From: Hormiphora californensis
Taxonomy: Eukaryota; Animalia; Ctenophora
Length of the DNA: 64,000 bases
Direction: 5' to 3'
Assembly (NCBI GenBank): GCA_020137815.1
Contig: CM035360.1
Coordinates: forward strand, 4,526,001-4,590,000
Part shown: positions 12,127 to 33,988 of the stretch, piece after piece
Position numbering within the stretch: the first letter of the stretch is position 1
How the letters are laid out: each line of letters begins with the position of its first letter
Translations under genes and position numbers: made by a program
Notes under the pieces: model-generated
Databases searched by the model: none
Seen by the model: the letters and a program-made list of their open reading frames with translations, nothing else
Told to the model about the DNA's origin: nothing

Positions 12127-12796
12127 AGTAAGAGTGGCGCGCCGTGTTTTCTCACAAAACTTAGTGGATGAACGGGGAGTACCACCAGGACCATTGGTAA
12201 GGTATCGAAAATTTCCAATTCTGTCGCGTTCATTAGTTATGACGTAATATGTTCATTATTTCAACTTTTATAAAATTGCTCTACAGAAAAATCTGTGCAT
12301 TGTGGATTGAAATGGATGCTTGCATCGTGTTCAGCGTCAAAAAATAGCCGGGGTACCAAATTTTGGTGTCTCTACCTTGTCTGGGACGCGAGATATCGAC
12401 AAATATTAAAAACGACCAAAGTGAGAGAAAGAGAGTTTGTTACAAGTGGGTGGCGCGCACAAACAACTAGCACCCAAAGATAACAATCTCTCTCTCATCC
12501 ATTTTGGGCGTTTTTGATAATTGTCGATATCTCGCGTCCCAGACAAGGTAGAGACACCAAAATTTGGTACCCCGGCTATTTTTTGACGCTGAACACGATG
12601 CAAGCATCCATTTCAATCCACAATGTACAGATTTTTCTGTAGAGGAATTTTATGAAAGTTGAAATAATGAACATATTACGTCATAACTAATTAACGAGAC
12701 AAAATTGGAAATTTTCGATACCGTACCAATGGTCCTGGAGGTACTCCCCGTTCATCCACTAAGTTTTGTGAGAAAACACGGCGCGCCACTCTTACT
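12127..12796. mobile_element. Non-autonomous fold-back element, TTAA TSD (Kolobok-like, second family)
   Basis: TTAA|AGTAAGAGTGGCGCGCCG...CGGCGCGCCACTCTTACT|TTAA, with ~300-bp inverted arms. Confidence 0.9.
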
Positions 12797-12818
12797 TTAA
12801 CATACCCTAATATCATAT

Positions 12819-21079
<8,261 letters not shown>

Positions 21080-21384
21080 CTATCATAGCTATGAGAAAGT
21101 GGTGGTTTTAGAGAATTCAAATCATCTATCATAGCTATATCGTGAGAAAAGGGGGTTTTTAAGAATTATACAGTACACTGGGATGACTATTATGTAGTCA
21201 TTGACTACGTCAACACAACTTGGCGGGAAAGTATGTTTTTTGTAGACTTGATCGAGTTTCAAGCCACAAGGCGATTGTTTACTTGGCTGTAGATTATTGA
21301 TATTTAGGAATAAAGCACTGGAATAAGATATTATCAATGTATCAATCTTTTTAACAAGCAATAAACAGGCACAATATAGAGGTA

Positions 21385-22069
21385 CTAAAAAGGTAATGCC
21401 ATTCCGTATCGGTTAAAGTATTTCGTCTTGACATCCTCCCACTCCAAATGCACCCCAGGTAATTGGTTACCCAATGTCAACCAATTGTTTTGTGTGTTGT
21501 GTTCTCTGCCAAAGAGCTCCAATTTCCTGGTACCCGGAGATAATCTGAGGGGGAAAGGGTGAAGATATCGTTAATGCAAAAAGGGTATTATATCCTGATC
21601 TATTCTGTAAATGGTAGGGTTATTGGAGGTTGGTCATCTTTGTGCTCTCCAGTAGGCAGTATCCAGCGCAATGGTAGTAATAAGAATGGAGGTACTAAAG
21701 CAAAGGTTGAGTCGCTTCATTATTGAGTGTGTGGCCATGTAACTGGATACGGGTAGATCAAATTTTAGGGATTGTTTTTTCAATCCAACTATCCAAACAT
21801 AACAATATTGTATGACAAAAAAATATATTCTAGAAACAATCTGGGCTCTTAGAAACCTTTGAACCACAGCTTCAAAGACACAACAAAACAGAACTAAAAA
21901 CGTCTCAAAATGGGCCGTGGGGTTACTACAAATAGGATACAGCTCACACTCTCTCTCTCTCCGCACATCCATATAATATGTCCGGAAAAGATGCATACAA
22001 TTACACCTGCCTCTATTTCTGTCCGGTGTGTGTATACAATGACTATACATAGTGTGTGAGAGAGAGAAA

Positions 22070-22135
<66 letters not shown>

Positions 22136-25100
22136 GTGTTTTGAGCTAACTGTAACTGTGAATGAAGAAAAGTACACAAATACATGCTTGTGCTAGACTC
22201 TCTCTCTCTCTCCATCACAGTGTCTCCCTCCTGTCTCCCTCGCTAAACTCTACTTGCATGATTTCTTCACTGTATTTTCACAACAGTCTGGCTATAATGT
22301 ATAGCTGTGGATACCTAGTACCTACACGTAATCGCTCAGTTTTCATTTCTAAGACAGAACCTGCCACGGAAACCATGAGAGCCTTTGATACCATACTCTT
22401 CATTTAGTCTAAAGGTTATACGTAACCGCTCATTTCGACAGACAATTATACATAATTTAGGAGGGGTAATTTGGGATCTAGACGTATAATCAGATATATC
22501 TGTCTGCATAATTTGTATACGGAAAATGTGAGAAATTTTGGATCTACAGTCTACACAAAAAAGAGTGAGAGAACGAGAGAGGTAAAGGCAACCCTAACTT
22601 ACCGTTCAATCATGCCGTATATCTCGTCAGGTTTGTGTGAGGTGTCCCGGACCTCACTGACTATAATATCACAATCCAGACCACGGTTGAATCCCACCGG
22701 GTTACCCTTCACCCCAACCAGACAGTGCTCCTTGCCGTGGTTCAGCCAGTGACCTGGGAAAGAAATGGAGTTAGAGAAGGGATGAGGTTAGCCCGGTGTC
22801 CCAAATAGAGGAATACGGGAATACCATTCCCGTCGGCCAAATTGTCTTATGGCCGATTTTCGGCCCTTTTTTCACATCTGAGGACTTCAAAAAGTAGCTC
22901 ACGTGATTCAGCGTACCAAAATTAGTGGGGATAGTGGGTAATGACATGGCCATAATACATCCTTCAGAATCACCAATTAACATCCTATTATGCCAATTAG
23001 CACCCTTAATTGGCATAAGAGGATTTTAAAAAGTAGCTCACGTGATTCAGCGTACCAAAATTAGTGGGGTTTGTGGTCAAGCTTGATTGTTTGATATTTT
23101 TCATGAAATTTCAATTTTTGACCAATTATGTTCAATTATGGCCAATTAGGGCACTTTCTTGACCTCTGAGCACTTTGATAAGTAGCTCACGTGATTCAGC
23201 GTATCGAAATATGTCGGTTTATGTCATTTTAAGTTTATTATCAAATTGTTTCCCACTTTTTAAAGTCTTCCTCTCAGAGGAGGAATATTTCGGCTTTTCG
23301 GCCAAAATCTACCTGTAAAAAGGGGGAATAGGGGGGGAATAACAGGAATATTTCGGTCAAAAAGACCGAAAATTGAAATTTCATCAAAAAATCAAGCTTG
23401 GGCACTAAACCCACTTATTTTTGCACGCTGAATCACGTGAGCTACTTATTAAAGTGCTCAGGGGTCAAGAAAGTACCCTAATTGGCCATAATTGAACCTA
23501 ATTGGTCAAAAATCAAAAACGAAAAAATCGGCCAAATCGGCCACATAAAAACGGCCATTCCCGGCCAAAATAAACTCCTGGGACACCGGGGAGGTTAGCG
23601 AGCTGGGGCCAGTGACTTACCCGGGAATGATGTTAAAGATGGAGAATGTGACTGGGGGATTATTAGAGAAGGGATGGGATGCACTTATCAGGCTGGTAAC
23701 AGATTGAATGAAATGGAAAATGGAAGATGAGGCAGGAAAAAAAGAAACTAATTAATACGTTTTTTCTCTCTCTCCTTCTTGTATAATTCTCAAGTAATTT
23801 TATCCAGCATAACTTTGAGTGAGAAAAATAGAGAGAGAGAGAGAGAGAGATGGATGTAAAGGAGAGAGAGAGGGAGAAAATAAGTAGAAGGAGGAAGGTA
23901 CTGAGCAAGCCAGTAATAACAAGCTCAGAAAATTAGGGGCATACACGTAGAAAGATAGAATTATGAAGGCGATATTTGTTTTTATGAAGGAGCAATTACC
24001 AGTTCGTCCTGTCCTGATGAGCCGTTGAAGCTGATTTGTTTTCACCCAAATGATATCGTCCACACGCTCATAACCCCAAATCCTGAGTAGCTCCCTACCA
24101 AGCTCAACAGCTCGACCAGTCACCCACAGGAAAATGAATCCATCATCCTGGATTTGGACATTTGAAAAGAATTAGGTAAAATGAGGCAATAAAACTGGAT
24201 CAGCGCTCAACTGAAAATTAGGAAACTCAAAGTCCGTACCTGAACCTTCTCGATTCCCATTTTCTTCATTTCATCATCAGTCATTGTCCCATAGGGAAGC
24301 TCCATGTGGATATCCCAGGGGGGATCAGCCATGATAACCGTGAACTTTCCAATTACATCGAAATCCAACTTTCGGCTGAAATAATTAGCATTGATTAGCT
24401 TGATTAGTACGGTTAGAAGATGAGTAGTGAGTACAATCAATAAATACTAAAGCGTGTGTGGTAGGAAGGTGTGTTTGAAAACAGTCCACTGCACTGCCGT
24501 CTGAACTAAAAACAGAACTGCACTGCTTGACTCGTGGAGCGTGTGATAAAATGGAGGCGTGGTAAATTTAGAGTGTTTTTCTGCAGAGAACGTCAAACTT
24601 TTTTTTCTTTTTTTTTGGGGAGAGCACTCCCGTAAACAATCTTTGATGCTGAGAGTTCTCAGTTGTTATTGAAATACATGCGTCAAACTACAAAAAAACT
24701 CTGGAAAATCGAAGGAATACAAATTGCAAATAGTTTCATTTTGCCAAGATTTTAGAACCCCCCCAGTTTAATACTCACATGTCACATTGGATCCACTGAG
24801 GGGGTGTGAGGTTAGCTTTAGTCATTGCCAGGTTCTTACTATCACTGACCAGCATAGCAGCACTGTTCTTAGCCCGGACACTGGCCGCTTGGCGCTGTCG
24901 CATCCTCATGTGTGCCCTCTGGTCCTCCTCATCTATCTCATAGTGCACGTACTGAGGTGGAGTGAGGGGGTCGAGAGAGAGTTGGGAAGTTGGTAGATCG
25001 AAGGGAGTTGTGAGCGCACAGGGAACGCACTGGTGGAACGGGAGTACTGTTGCAGGTAAGTGGATCAAGAGTGTGTGAGTGAGGAGATGGGCTATTATAG

Positions 25101-27076
25101 GTGTTACAGCGGTAAACAGGATTTGTAGCGATAGGGGTGTTCACTGAACACTGTTCAGGGAGCGGGAAATAGATCCACCAAAAGAAAAGGCTGACTACAT
25201 ATTTGGGGATTCAGTGATCTCTAGCTGCATATTGCCCTCTGCCTTTTTAGAATGAGACGAAAGACGTTGAAGTACTCAGTGAAGGAGACGGAACGAAAAT
25301 TGAGCGTCTGTGTTTGACTGTCTAGTGTCATATTACAGCTATACACACATTTATCAATAGTTCCGTCTCTCTCGCTATCTCTCTATTTCTATTTCTCTAT
25401 CTCTCTATTTCTCTCTCTTCCACTCTCTTGTCAGCTTTAGAACAACAATCACTAACACACACATCAAACATATAACAAATAACCACAACACAGCTGCAAG
25501 ACGAGGTTATAATAACAAGGTCCTACTGCAGTATCATAACACTCGTCAAAGACTGTCGTACGTGACAAGTATATCAGTATACCACACGCACACTAAGGAC
25601 AGAGCGAAATTTCTATTAATCGGTTCCCGTTTTTCCACTTTTTCTCGCCATGATAGTGAGTTTCACGCACCTTGCAGGTTTCCATGTGAAAGCACGTGTT
25701 TAAAAAGGAGCAATCCCCTAGCTGGGCATCCGTGTGAGCGTAGATCAACTTCCCTGAAAAGACAGTTTAGGTTCAGGTTTGGGTTTAGTTTTAGAGGGTT
25801 AGGTTTGGCCGTGTGTAAACCAAAACGGGGCGACCGCTGTACAGTGCACCGAGGTCATCCAGGTTGAAATAATATGTTGATTACACTTACGGAAATGCAG
25901 CTTTTTGCACGATCCATTTTTTACATTTCCTCTCTTGCACTCATGTTTTGTAACCCATTCGCAGAATTCCCGGACCTGTTGGAAATGTAATGTGTAAAAA
26001 AGATATTGTCCAGGATGCACTTTCTTGGCAACATTCGTGCGTGAATTATCGGCAGTGGACAAAGTGTGGCAAAAAGTGTGGCAAAAAGCAACACATGAAC
26101 CAACCTGTGCAGTTTTATTGCTTTTCAAGTTTTCAATGATAGTTTTCTCCCTCGCACTCTTGTGGTTTAACAAGGCCTGGATCTCCTCTCCTAACTTCTT
26201 ACTTTCCGACTGAATTGCTGACGGTTTGTTGAGAAGAAATTCAGCACAGTCAGCGGTGAGTGCGGTGTTGAGCTTTCGGCGTTTGCGCTTCTTGTCAAAT
26301 CGTCCCAACAGTGAGTTTATCTGTAAAGGTGGAATTTATTGATCACCTATGTCATAGACCTTAGAACAAAATCAAAGTGTGCAACTTGAAAACTGACTTG
26401 CTCAACCCTGTTTGACCAACAAAAAAACTTTAAAACTCAAAACACAAAACAACTCATTTTTATTAAACCATTGGACCGGGATTGTTACCTTTTTGTTCTC
26501 AACGGCCACCACCTGAAGGGAGTGTGTTGTGTTCAGCGTTATAACTTTCTGATAGGTCAGTTTCTCGAGGGAGTTCAGCAACTTCTCCTCTTCAGGCTCA
26601 TCACACTTCTCTTTTAGAGTTGAGAGAGATATCGGTGTAGTTTCGGCCTGTTGAAATATTAGGGGTTTATTTTACCAGATTTGTTTATTTCAATTCAATC
26701 TAAAATGCGTACATTGGAATGTTACAGGACCCTATAAACTTTTTGTGAGCAAGCAGATTACTTGCCTAGCTAGACTGTGTTTTGCGCACAAATGTAAAGG
26801 AGGGTTAGAACATAACAACAGATTACCCGACAACTTAATATACATAATTCATTTTACCTCAAGGACGCTCAGCAGACATTTCGTTCCACCATCATCAAGT
26901 AGAGAATGATTCAATGACTCCGTCATAGGTTCATCAGCTTTCTCAGTACAATCCCCCTCGTAATGGACACGAAACTGCTCCCGACGACGCTCCAGACGCT
27001 GTTTCAACATGGTCATATTGTGTCTGTTCGACTTGATGGCATGCCATGCATCGAAACTTGATGGTTCTAGCACCAT
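21385..27076 (-). CDS. METTL3: N6-adenosine mRNA methyltransferase catalytic subunit
   Basis: Leader helix DAWHAIK...LKQRLERRR; two CCCH fingers (VREFCEW...CKKLHFR; [16 protein letters not shown]); catalytic DPPW; [30 protein letters not shown]; [13 protein letters not shown]. Last exon 21544-21385. Confidence 0.97.
22792..23590. mobile_element. Non-autonomous DNA transposon, 12-bp TIR, 8-bp TSD (hAT/P/Merlin-size TSD), in a METTL3 intron
   Basis: GAGGTTAG|CCCGGTGTCCCA...TGGGACACCGGG|GAGGTTAG. Internal motif aagtagctcacgtgattcagcgt occurs three times direct and once inverted. Confidence 0.9.
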
Positions 27077-27519
27077 CCTAGATCAAGAAAGGGTTCACAT
27101 TAACTTTTCAATGTTTTTTCTCGCCAGCACTCAGCAACCCTCTGCAAATCTCGATCATAATGCAATACTATCCGAGGGATCGATAAAAAATATTCCACTG
27201 AGTATCTGCTTGCTGTTCCGTATAAATTTTAAATGGTTTGCGATTCTCATAATTAGGGGTGAGCGTGTGGTTCATAGACATTGTATGTCGATATTACAGC
27301 CACTAGAGGGCAGGGAGAGAGAGCCGTAAGGGAGATTAATATTTAATTCTTTGTGGTTTCAAACTGTGGGAAGGATTGGTAATGTTGTCTCGGTCTCGGT
27401 CTCTAAAGTATTATACATAGAAGTACTGTCTTACTCATCTCATTTTATCTTCCCCTTCTCTCTCTTTCTTCCAAACACGTAAAATGTTACAGTACGCAAC
27501 AGACGTACCTAAACGTACA

Positions 27520-27790
27520 GGACACACCACGGCCCGGATGGGTCTACAACTAGTCTCGAAGAAGTTGTGTCCGTTAATTAATTGATGAATATGAGCCCAA
27601 AGAAGTAAAGCTGTCACACTTTTAGCAGTTTGTAATTCTTCTGGAACACTGGTCCCATGAGTGAACAAAAGGGGCCAACCGGCAGAGCCAGGTGGGTTAT
27701 TCAAACCCCTACGGGTGCGGGATGTGGGGAATTTGAAAATATTAAAATATGAGGGTTTTTTTTCAAAACGCGCCGCTACCAAAAGAGTAC
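27520..27790 (+). mobile_element. Degenerate Helitron-like fragment related to 36336-36899
   Basis: Hairpin + CTAG|TC junction at ~27550. Shares the motifs gcccaaag..gtaaagctgt..cacactttt and ccggc.gagcc.ggtgggttat with the 36.3-kb element. Confidence 0.5.
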
Positions 27791-27879
27791 ACTTAGACCG
27801 ACTTTTTTCAAACGGCTATAGCCACGCAACCACATGGCCAATTTGAGTAAACTAAACGGTAACTGATAGAGAATCGATA

Positions 27880-28470
27880 GCCCTAACCGATAACCCCAAA
27901 CCAAACCCTAACCAGACCCTGAAGGATAGCCCTAACCCGTTACGCACGCTAAAACTACAAATTGTTAGCAATGAAAGGCACCCAGATTGTTTCCCTACGA
28001 TATGGGTGTTTGGTGGCCTGTTTACAGGTGCGTGCTGCCAAAAGAGTTGATTCACTAAAATGGCCCTAACCGCCAAACCACTCAACCGTTTTGGCTAATT
28101 CAAAGTTTATCTGGTAGAGAATGTTACACTACTTTTGCCCTAATAGTAGGAGCGCTTAGATCAGTCCCGCCAAAAATCGCGTGCCACCCTTTTTGCGCAT
28201 TGTCATAGCTGGGTCATAGCTCCTTCATTTCGGGCGCCGTTACGATCTGGGTGTTTGGAGGCCTGTTTACAGGTGCGCGCTGCCAAAAAAGTTGATTCAC
28301 TAAAATGGCTCTAACCGCCAAACCACTCAACCGTTTTGGCTGATTCAAAGTTTATCTGGTAGGGTATGTCAAGGCCTAACCCCAACCCAAACCCCAACCC
28401 TAACCCTACTTTAGCCCTAACCCTAAAAAACCGTTTGTCAGCACTCCCAAAACACCCAGATTTTAACGCT
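27880..28470. repeat. Duplicated ~110-bp block with degenerate telomere-like (CCCTAA) runs
   Basis: 28004-28116 matches 28249-28361; ccctaacc runs at ~27880-27940 and ~28375-28425. Confidence 0.7.
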
Positions 28471-28573
28471 GGCCCTTCATTTCAACTCCAATCAAAAAAT
28501 GACCTTCAAGTTTTCGAAAGATCTCGTCGAGATCTACAAAAAACATGTGGGTAATTTTTTTCCCGGGATGATG

Positions 28574-29187
28574 TTTTTAGCACGCACGTGCTAAAAAGAT
28601 CATTCAGGGTTTAGAAATCAGCAGATCGTGGAGTTAACTAAATGTGTCCGTCCGTCACGGGACACGGACAACGCTTAACAAAAATAAAATTTTCGCGTTT
28701 TAACTTTAATTAATTCCACATGAAAGCAGGAAAACCAACGGGTATCTCCCAGGGACTTCCCTCTTAAGGGGTCTGCAGCACATGGCAAGGGACTTCTCCC
28801 AGGAACATGAAACATCCCGGGACCCAGTCGCCAAAAAGAAAACTAAACGTTTTGATAAAAATCGCCACGGAAGACGAAATTTCCTGGATGCAGCTGCACG
28901 CGGGCTTAAACTCGGCAACTCTTGTAGACAAAATTCGCGCGTTCCATTTAATGCGCCAATTGGCGTCGGCCGCCGGGCCGCGGCCGGTTGTTGTAGCGCA
29001 TTTTTGTTTTGCGTGTTTCTTAACTTTTTGCCAGATGTTTTTTTTGAAAAAAAGCAAAGCAGGACGGCTAGGATAAATCCAGTGCCGGGGGTGCTGATAT
29101 CCCTTTCAATAACGTTCAGCCACGGTCCTTCCGGTACAGATTTCTCTGCAGCGTAGCCAGGCGCCACCCCACAACATACGCACATAT
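28574..29187 (+). mobile_element. Possible HINE/DINE-like (Helentron-derived) element
   Basis: Short palindrome ttttagcacgcacgtgctaaaa followed by a (GTCC)n microsatellite; boundaries uncertain. Confidence 0.35.
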
Positions 29188-29679
29188 ATGACAATATTGG
29201 TATGCAGCTTAGTTCATTCAAAAATAGACTACTGCAATTCTCTGATGTCTGGGATGACTAAACGGAATGTTGCTGAGTTACAAAAGGTACAAAATGCAGC
29301 AGCTAGATTCATTTATGGACAGAGGAGGTGGCAAGGCACAACGACGTTGCGTAAGGCATTACATTTCCTACCAGTGAGCGAAAGGATCAATTTCAAAACC
29401 TGTGTTTTGGTCTATAAATGTCTGAACGGCCTTGCACCCGAATACCTAACTGGCCTTCTGGAAAAGAGGAAGAAAAAACCAATGACACTTCGTGCAGATT
29501 ATGATGATCTTCTTCTTGAAACTCCGCATCCCAAATACAAAACAACGGAAAGGGCTTTCAGTGTATCAGGGCCTAAGTTATGGAACAATCTTCCGCGGGA
29601 GCTCCGTCGATCTAGGACTTTACAGAGGTTCAAAACTGATCTAAAAACACTGTTGTTTTCCAAGGCCTTCTCTGAGTAG
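29188..29679 (+). mobile_element. 5'-truncated LINE (L2/CR1 group), C-terminus of ORF2
   Basis: LVHSKIDYCNSL...LQKVQNAAAR...LHFLPV.ERI.FK...LAPEYL...RAFSVSGPKLWN.LP. Confidence 0.9.
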
Positions 29680-30683
29680 CATGTTATTATGTGTGTAGTT
29701 GCGAGTGATGGATAATATGGGTTTGAATATTGATCTTTCAAGACGGGGTCATGGGAGATAGGGTACTGAGTAGATATTATTGAAATGTTTCTGTATGTTT
29801 CGTCCTCCTCAGCAAAAAACGGAAAAATACATGATCGAATGTGAGGTAGTAAAAGTTAAAAAAAAGAAAGAGGGATGTCAGAAAAATAATGTGAGAAAAA
29901 AGTGTGTGTGAGAATAAAAAAAAGAATCCCCACCCATGACAGATCTAGACACTGACTTACTTGTAGATACGCCTTTTGGCAACTGTTTGACGTGTACAGT
30001 TGACTTTTCACACAATGGGACTGTGAATTGTGTAGTCTTGGCTACGCAATTCACAGTGCTATATTGCTCTTGGAGGCTTCTACTATGAAGATTAACCCCC
30101 TCCAGAGCACCTTATTTTCAGAACTAAAAGACCTAAAGTAAATTCCTAAATCCTGAAATCCTACATGATATCTCCTAAGTGTGAAACTGATATTCCTCCA
30201 TGATAACAAATAACCATGATAATAATAATCCAAGACAAAGCGAGTCCTAGTCACAATGAACTAATGAGTAATGAGGACAATACTCAATTAGCGTTTATTT
30301 CTTTATTTTGTTCAGTATGTGGTAGGGTTGATTATCTCTGGACTCCGTTGCACGTTGGTGAATTTGGTTGTGTGCTTAATTGTTCGTATGTTAAGTACTT
30401 GCTTGTGTTTGTATGAATGTGTATGTGTATGACGTGTGTGTGTGTGTGTTGCATGTATTTGTGTGTCCATCGGTGTTCAGTCTGTCTTTTGTATCTTATT
30501 TATTAATTATCTAAGTCCGTTTTTATTTTTATATAATTTATTATCTATGACGACGAGGACGAATGTCTATAGGTTATTTCAGCGATGAAGCGCTTTAGAA
30601 AGCTTGCTATTATCGAGAGGACGCTGTTTAAGCTGATCGAGAATAGCATTATATAGCTCAAAAGCGATTTAAATATGTATAAT

Positions 30684-30837
30684 GTTATTGTTATTGTTAT
30701 TAGTGTTGCTTTCGGGTCTCTCAAGAGAGCCCCTACCAATCATAGCTTGGTGGACTAGACGACATGCGCTAGACCAGGATCGAACCCTGGACCTAATGCA
30801 TGGGAGGCGAGTGTACTGGCCACTACACCACCGCTGC
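30684..30837 (-). mobile_element. tRNA(Gly)-derived SINE
   Basis: Head 30837-30765 has A box TGGTGTAGTGG, a CCC anticodon-like loop and B box GGTTCGATCC, but an unpaired acceptor stem. It is followed by a short body and an (AATAAC)n tail. Confidence 0.7.
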
Positions 30838-30988
30838 CTTACCCCGCCGGGGGCCAGCAGCGTTTGCCAAATGTTTTTTTCAGATCGCCAGATTGGATTG
30901 GCATGCGTTGCAGAGTTTCCCACGGCTTCTAGGTCCCCAATTTCATTTGGGACTGCAGCGTAGGTATTCGGGTATTTTCCAATGCAAA

Positions 30989-33078
30989 ATGATGCTGCCG
31001 GCTGCGAACTCATCAGGTACCCCTCGTACCCATACCTCTGTTCTCCCATGTCACTTCCTGTCTACCCTAAACCTCGCACCAATTACTAGGCACTCCTCAG
31101 ACCCCATGTAACTTCATGCTCCTAACTGTGTACATGTTACCAATTGCCTCTTATGATTAATATTGTTGCTACCTAGGCAATGTAACTATGGCGCAGGTAT
31201 CAAGGACCTCAGGAGTACCTGCGTGGACAAGTAAAACCATCCAGATGGAGCCGAAGCTGTTTATAAAGATAAAACCATTGGCTATAAAGTCTCAAAAGGG
31301 CCACAAAATCAATACACGGTACGGTCTATATTTGTTGGGGTGTTGTGAAAACTGTCTTCATTTTCAAGACTCATTCAACATTCAGTTTGAACTACAGTTG
31401 AAGGTTGAAGTCTTCTCATGAGAAATTATGAAATATATATCGAGCAGACCGGTGTTCTTGATCTGTAATAAGTACAGTTGTGTTTTTCTAGGTCTGATTT
31501 CCGTTATTCATGTGCTGATCGAAGTAGGGACGAGATCTTTAGGGACAACTATGAGCGACGGCAGTATCAGGTTAGATAGTTGTAATTTAGATATTTGTAA
31601 TTGCGTCTCGTGAAATAATTGGTACACAATGTTGGCAACGTTGAGCACTGTTATGGTGGTATATCGGGTATATTGAAACTGTCAACTTATCACAACAGTT
31701 GTCTTCTTTCCAAGGTTAAAAAGTGTGGCTATTGGTCGGAGATATCTCGTCCTTATCGACCTGTTGGAGATGTAGAGTTGGACACTAAAGCCCTGCTACT
31801 GAAGACGCTGAACCAAGCAGATTTTGGTTTCCTGGTTAGTGGGTTGTTGTGTGTTAGTAGTGTTTGAAAAATGGTGGTTTTGTTTTATTTGATAAGAGCG
31901 GTTATCACAACGAGGACCAGCTACGCCTGAAGATGATACTAGCTGGTCCCTCCTTCTCAGGAAGGAGAAAAGTGTATTCAAAAGGAGGAGCACAGAAGAC
32001 GACTCCCAAAAACAAGAAATCGAAACTCTCTAAAGGTTAGTCCGTTAGAAAACCAGTTTGATCAATTTTCAGCGAACACGTGTCTGTTTTTACGAATACA
32101 TCTTTTCAGTCGATGGTCTGAAAAGATGTCATACCTCCAAGATTGCACAAAATATCGAGCGCTTATTTTGCTAATTTATTGTTTTTACACTTTTATATAA
32201 ACCCCAATACCTCTCAGTTGAAGGACACACAAGAGAAACGAGAGCCATACAGTAGGACTGCAGAAACTATTATCAGGAGAGAACTGAGGGAGGGAAGAAG
32301 TAGGATGGCCGTCGTTAAATCTGGGAGCAACTTCTTCGACGTTATCGAGTATGAGCAAAGAGAAAAGGTTAGTTGGACTGTGCGAGATTTCAACCGTTAT
32401 TGTACCGAATACCTGGTTTAATTCCCGGTAAAACCCAGTATTCTTCGATTTTCTTCCCTATTTAAATTCTTGGTCAGATTTCATTCAGATTAAATAACAG
32501 AATTCTTTCCCACTTCTTTAGGAAGATGCCTTGAACGCAGAGAAGAAACCGACATATTCTAAGGAGAATTGGAGGCCTGCCAAAACAATAGCCCCCGGAC
32601 GAGACGAAGAGTAAGCAATATATATCGGTCACACTGTCACCATGCAGCACTATTAATTGATTATTATGAATTGGAAAATGAACAGCATGTACTGAGCTTA
32701 TATATATCCACTACACCTTGCAATCAACAGGAGTACGATGTTTTACCTTTTCATATACTTATTTGATAAAAACTGCTATTGACAGGTTACCATGCAGAGC
32801 AGTAGGTATTATCTAAACAATGATGCCTATAATAGTCAGGAACCGACCGAATCAGGAAATACTGGTCCCTGATTGGCTGATAACCAGTCATGTGACCAAA
32901 ATATCGAGCTCTGATTGGATGTTTACTAGGTCTGTTCCGTCAACACTCCACTTATTACAGGAGTGACAGTAGCATAGAATCAGACTCCTTCGGGGAAGGA
33001 TTGAGCGAGGAAGATGAGATAGAGACAAAGAGGGATTATTGGTCTTCCCTGGGTATCCCTTCCCCCAGCCCTTCGTAA
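30989..33078 (+). CDS. Uncharacterised multi-exon protein
   Basis: Phase-consistent small exons: SDFRYSCADRSRDEIFRDNYERRQYQ|VKKCGYWSEISRPY...GFL|EGEKCIQKEEH...SLK|LKDTQEKRE...REK|EDALNAEKK...|SDSSIESDSF...PS*. The 5' exons are less certain (one weak acceptor near 31410). Confidence 0.55.
32837..32926 (-). repeat. Short dispersed repeat (minus-strand translation PIRARYFGHMTGYQPIRDQYFLIRSVP)
   Basis: Resembles a very abundant repeat I recall from Pleurobrachia gene models; intronic here; not verified. Confidence 0.55.
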
Positions 33079-33935
33079 GTAGGAGTAGTAGGGCCTCCTA
33101 GTCTAGTTTAGGAGGTATTAGTTGTTTGGGAAGCCTCTTCCTCCAATCTTTTTTAATTTTTGACTCGAATTATGATCTTTGTATCTCTTCATCTATATTT
33201 CACTTCTCTGTCTGCCCCATGACATAAATTCACACATCATCAATCTTGGCCGCTCCCCTGGCCCCCTGCACCGCGGCCCTCCAATACGAAGCTGTTGATC
33301 AAATTACTGGCATATGTTACCCCACGTTGGTTACCATGGCAACCAGAATAAAACTCTCTAAATCTGACCCATGGCAACCGGCCCAGTATAATAAAACTCT
33401 GAAACTGTAAAGGTGTAAATTCCATAAATAGCCTCAGAAACTAAGGATATAAAGTTGCGAAAAAAGTGTTTAAAAGTTTGTTAAAACCAACAGGTGTGCA
33501 CCAAATAGACCCACTCACCTCCCCACCCGTGATAATAGCAACTCACTTATCAATTCAATTAACATATATGTTACTAACCTAGCTTCATCCCTCACCGTGA
33601 ATATAACTGATATTATATTGAGTTGTTAATGTGTTTAGCAGGCACCATTGACTAAACATATGTCACAATTCATGTTTCATTTCTAAACCTAACGTCTCTA
33701 AACCAAGCGTATATACAGCTGTTATAGTAGAGAGGCGTATACAGATTTTAACCTTATTTTAGTACCACGATTAAGCTGAACTGCTATAATGTATATGTAG
33801 TAGGTGACTATGATTATTACTATCTCTTCTCTTTCTAGTGCCAGTACACGGAGAAAAAGTAGTTGCAAGTATCGGAAATCGATTTCTCCTCAACCACTCT
33901 ACTTCACCTCTCCTTTATCCAGGTTTTTAATTTAT

Positions 33936-33988
<53 letters not shown>

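Noticed and set aside
27880-28430. Telomere or chromosome-fusion scar
   Set aside because: CCCTAA runs are short, degenerate and embedded in a dispersed repeat; a similar run occurs in a METTL3 intron at ~25765-25806.
30765-30837. Functional tRNA-Gly(CCC)
   Set aside because: Acceptor and anticodon stems pair poorly, and it is followed by a SINE-like body and tail instead of a poly-T terminator.
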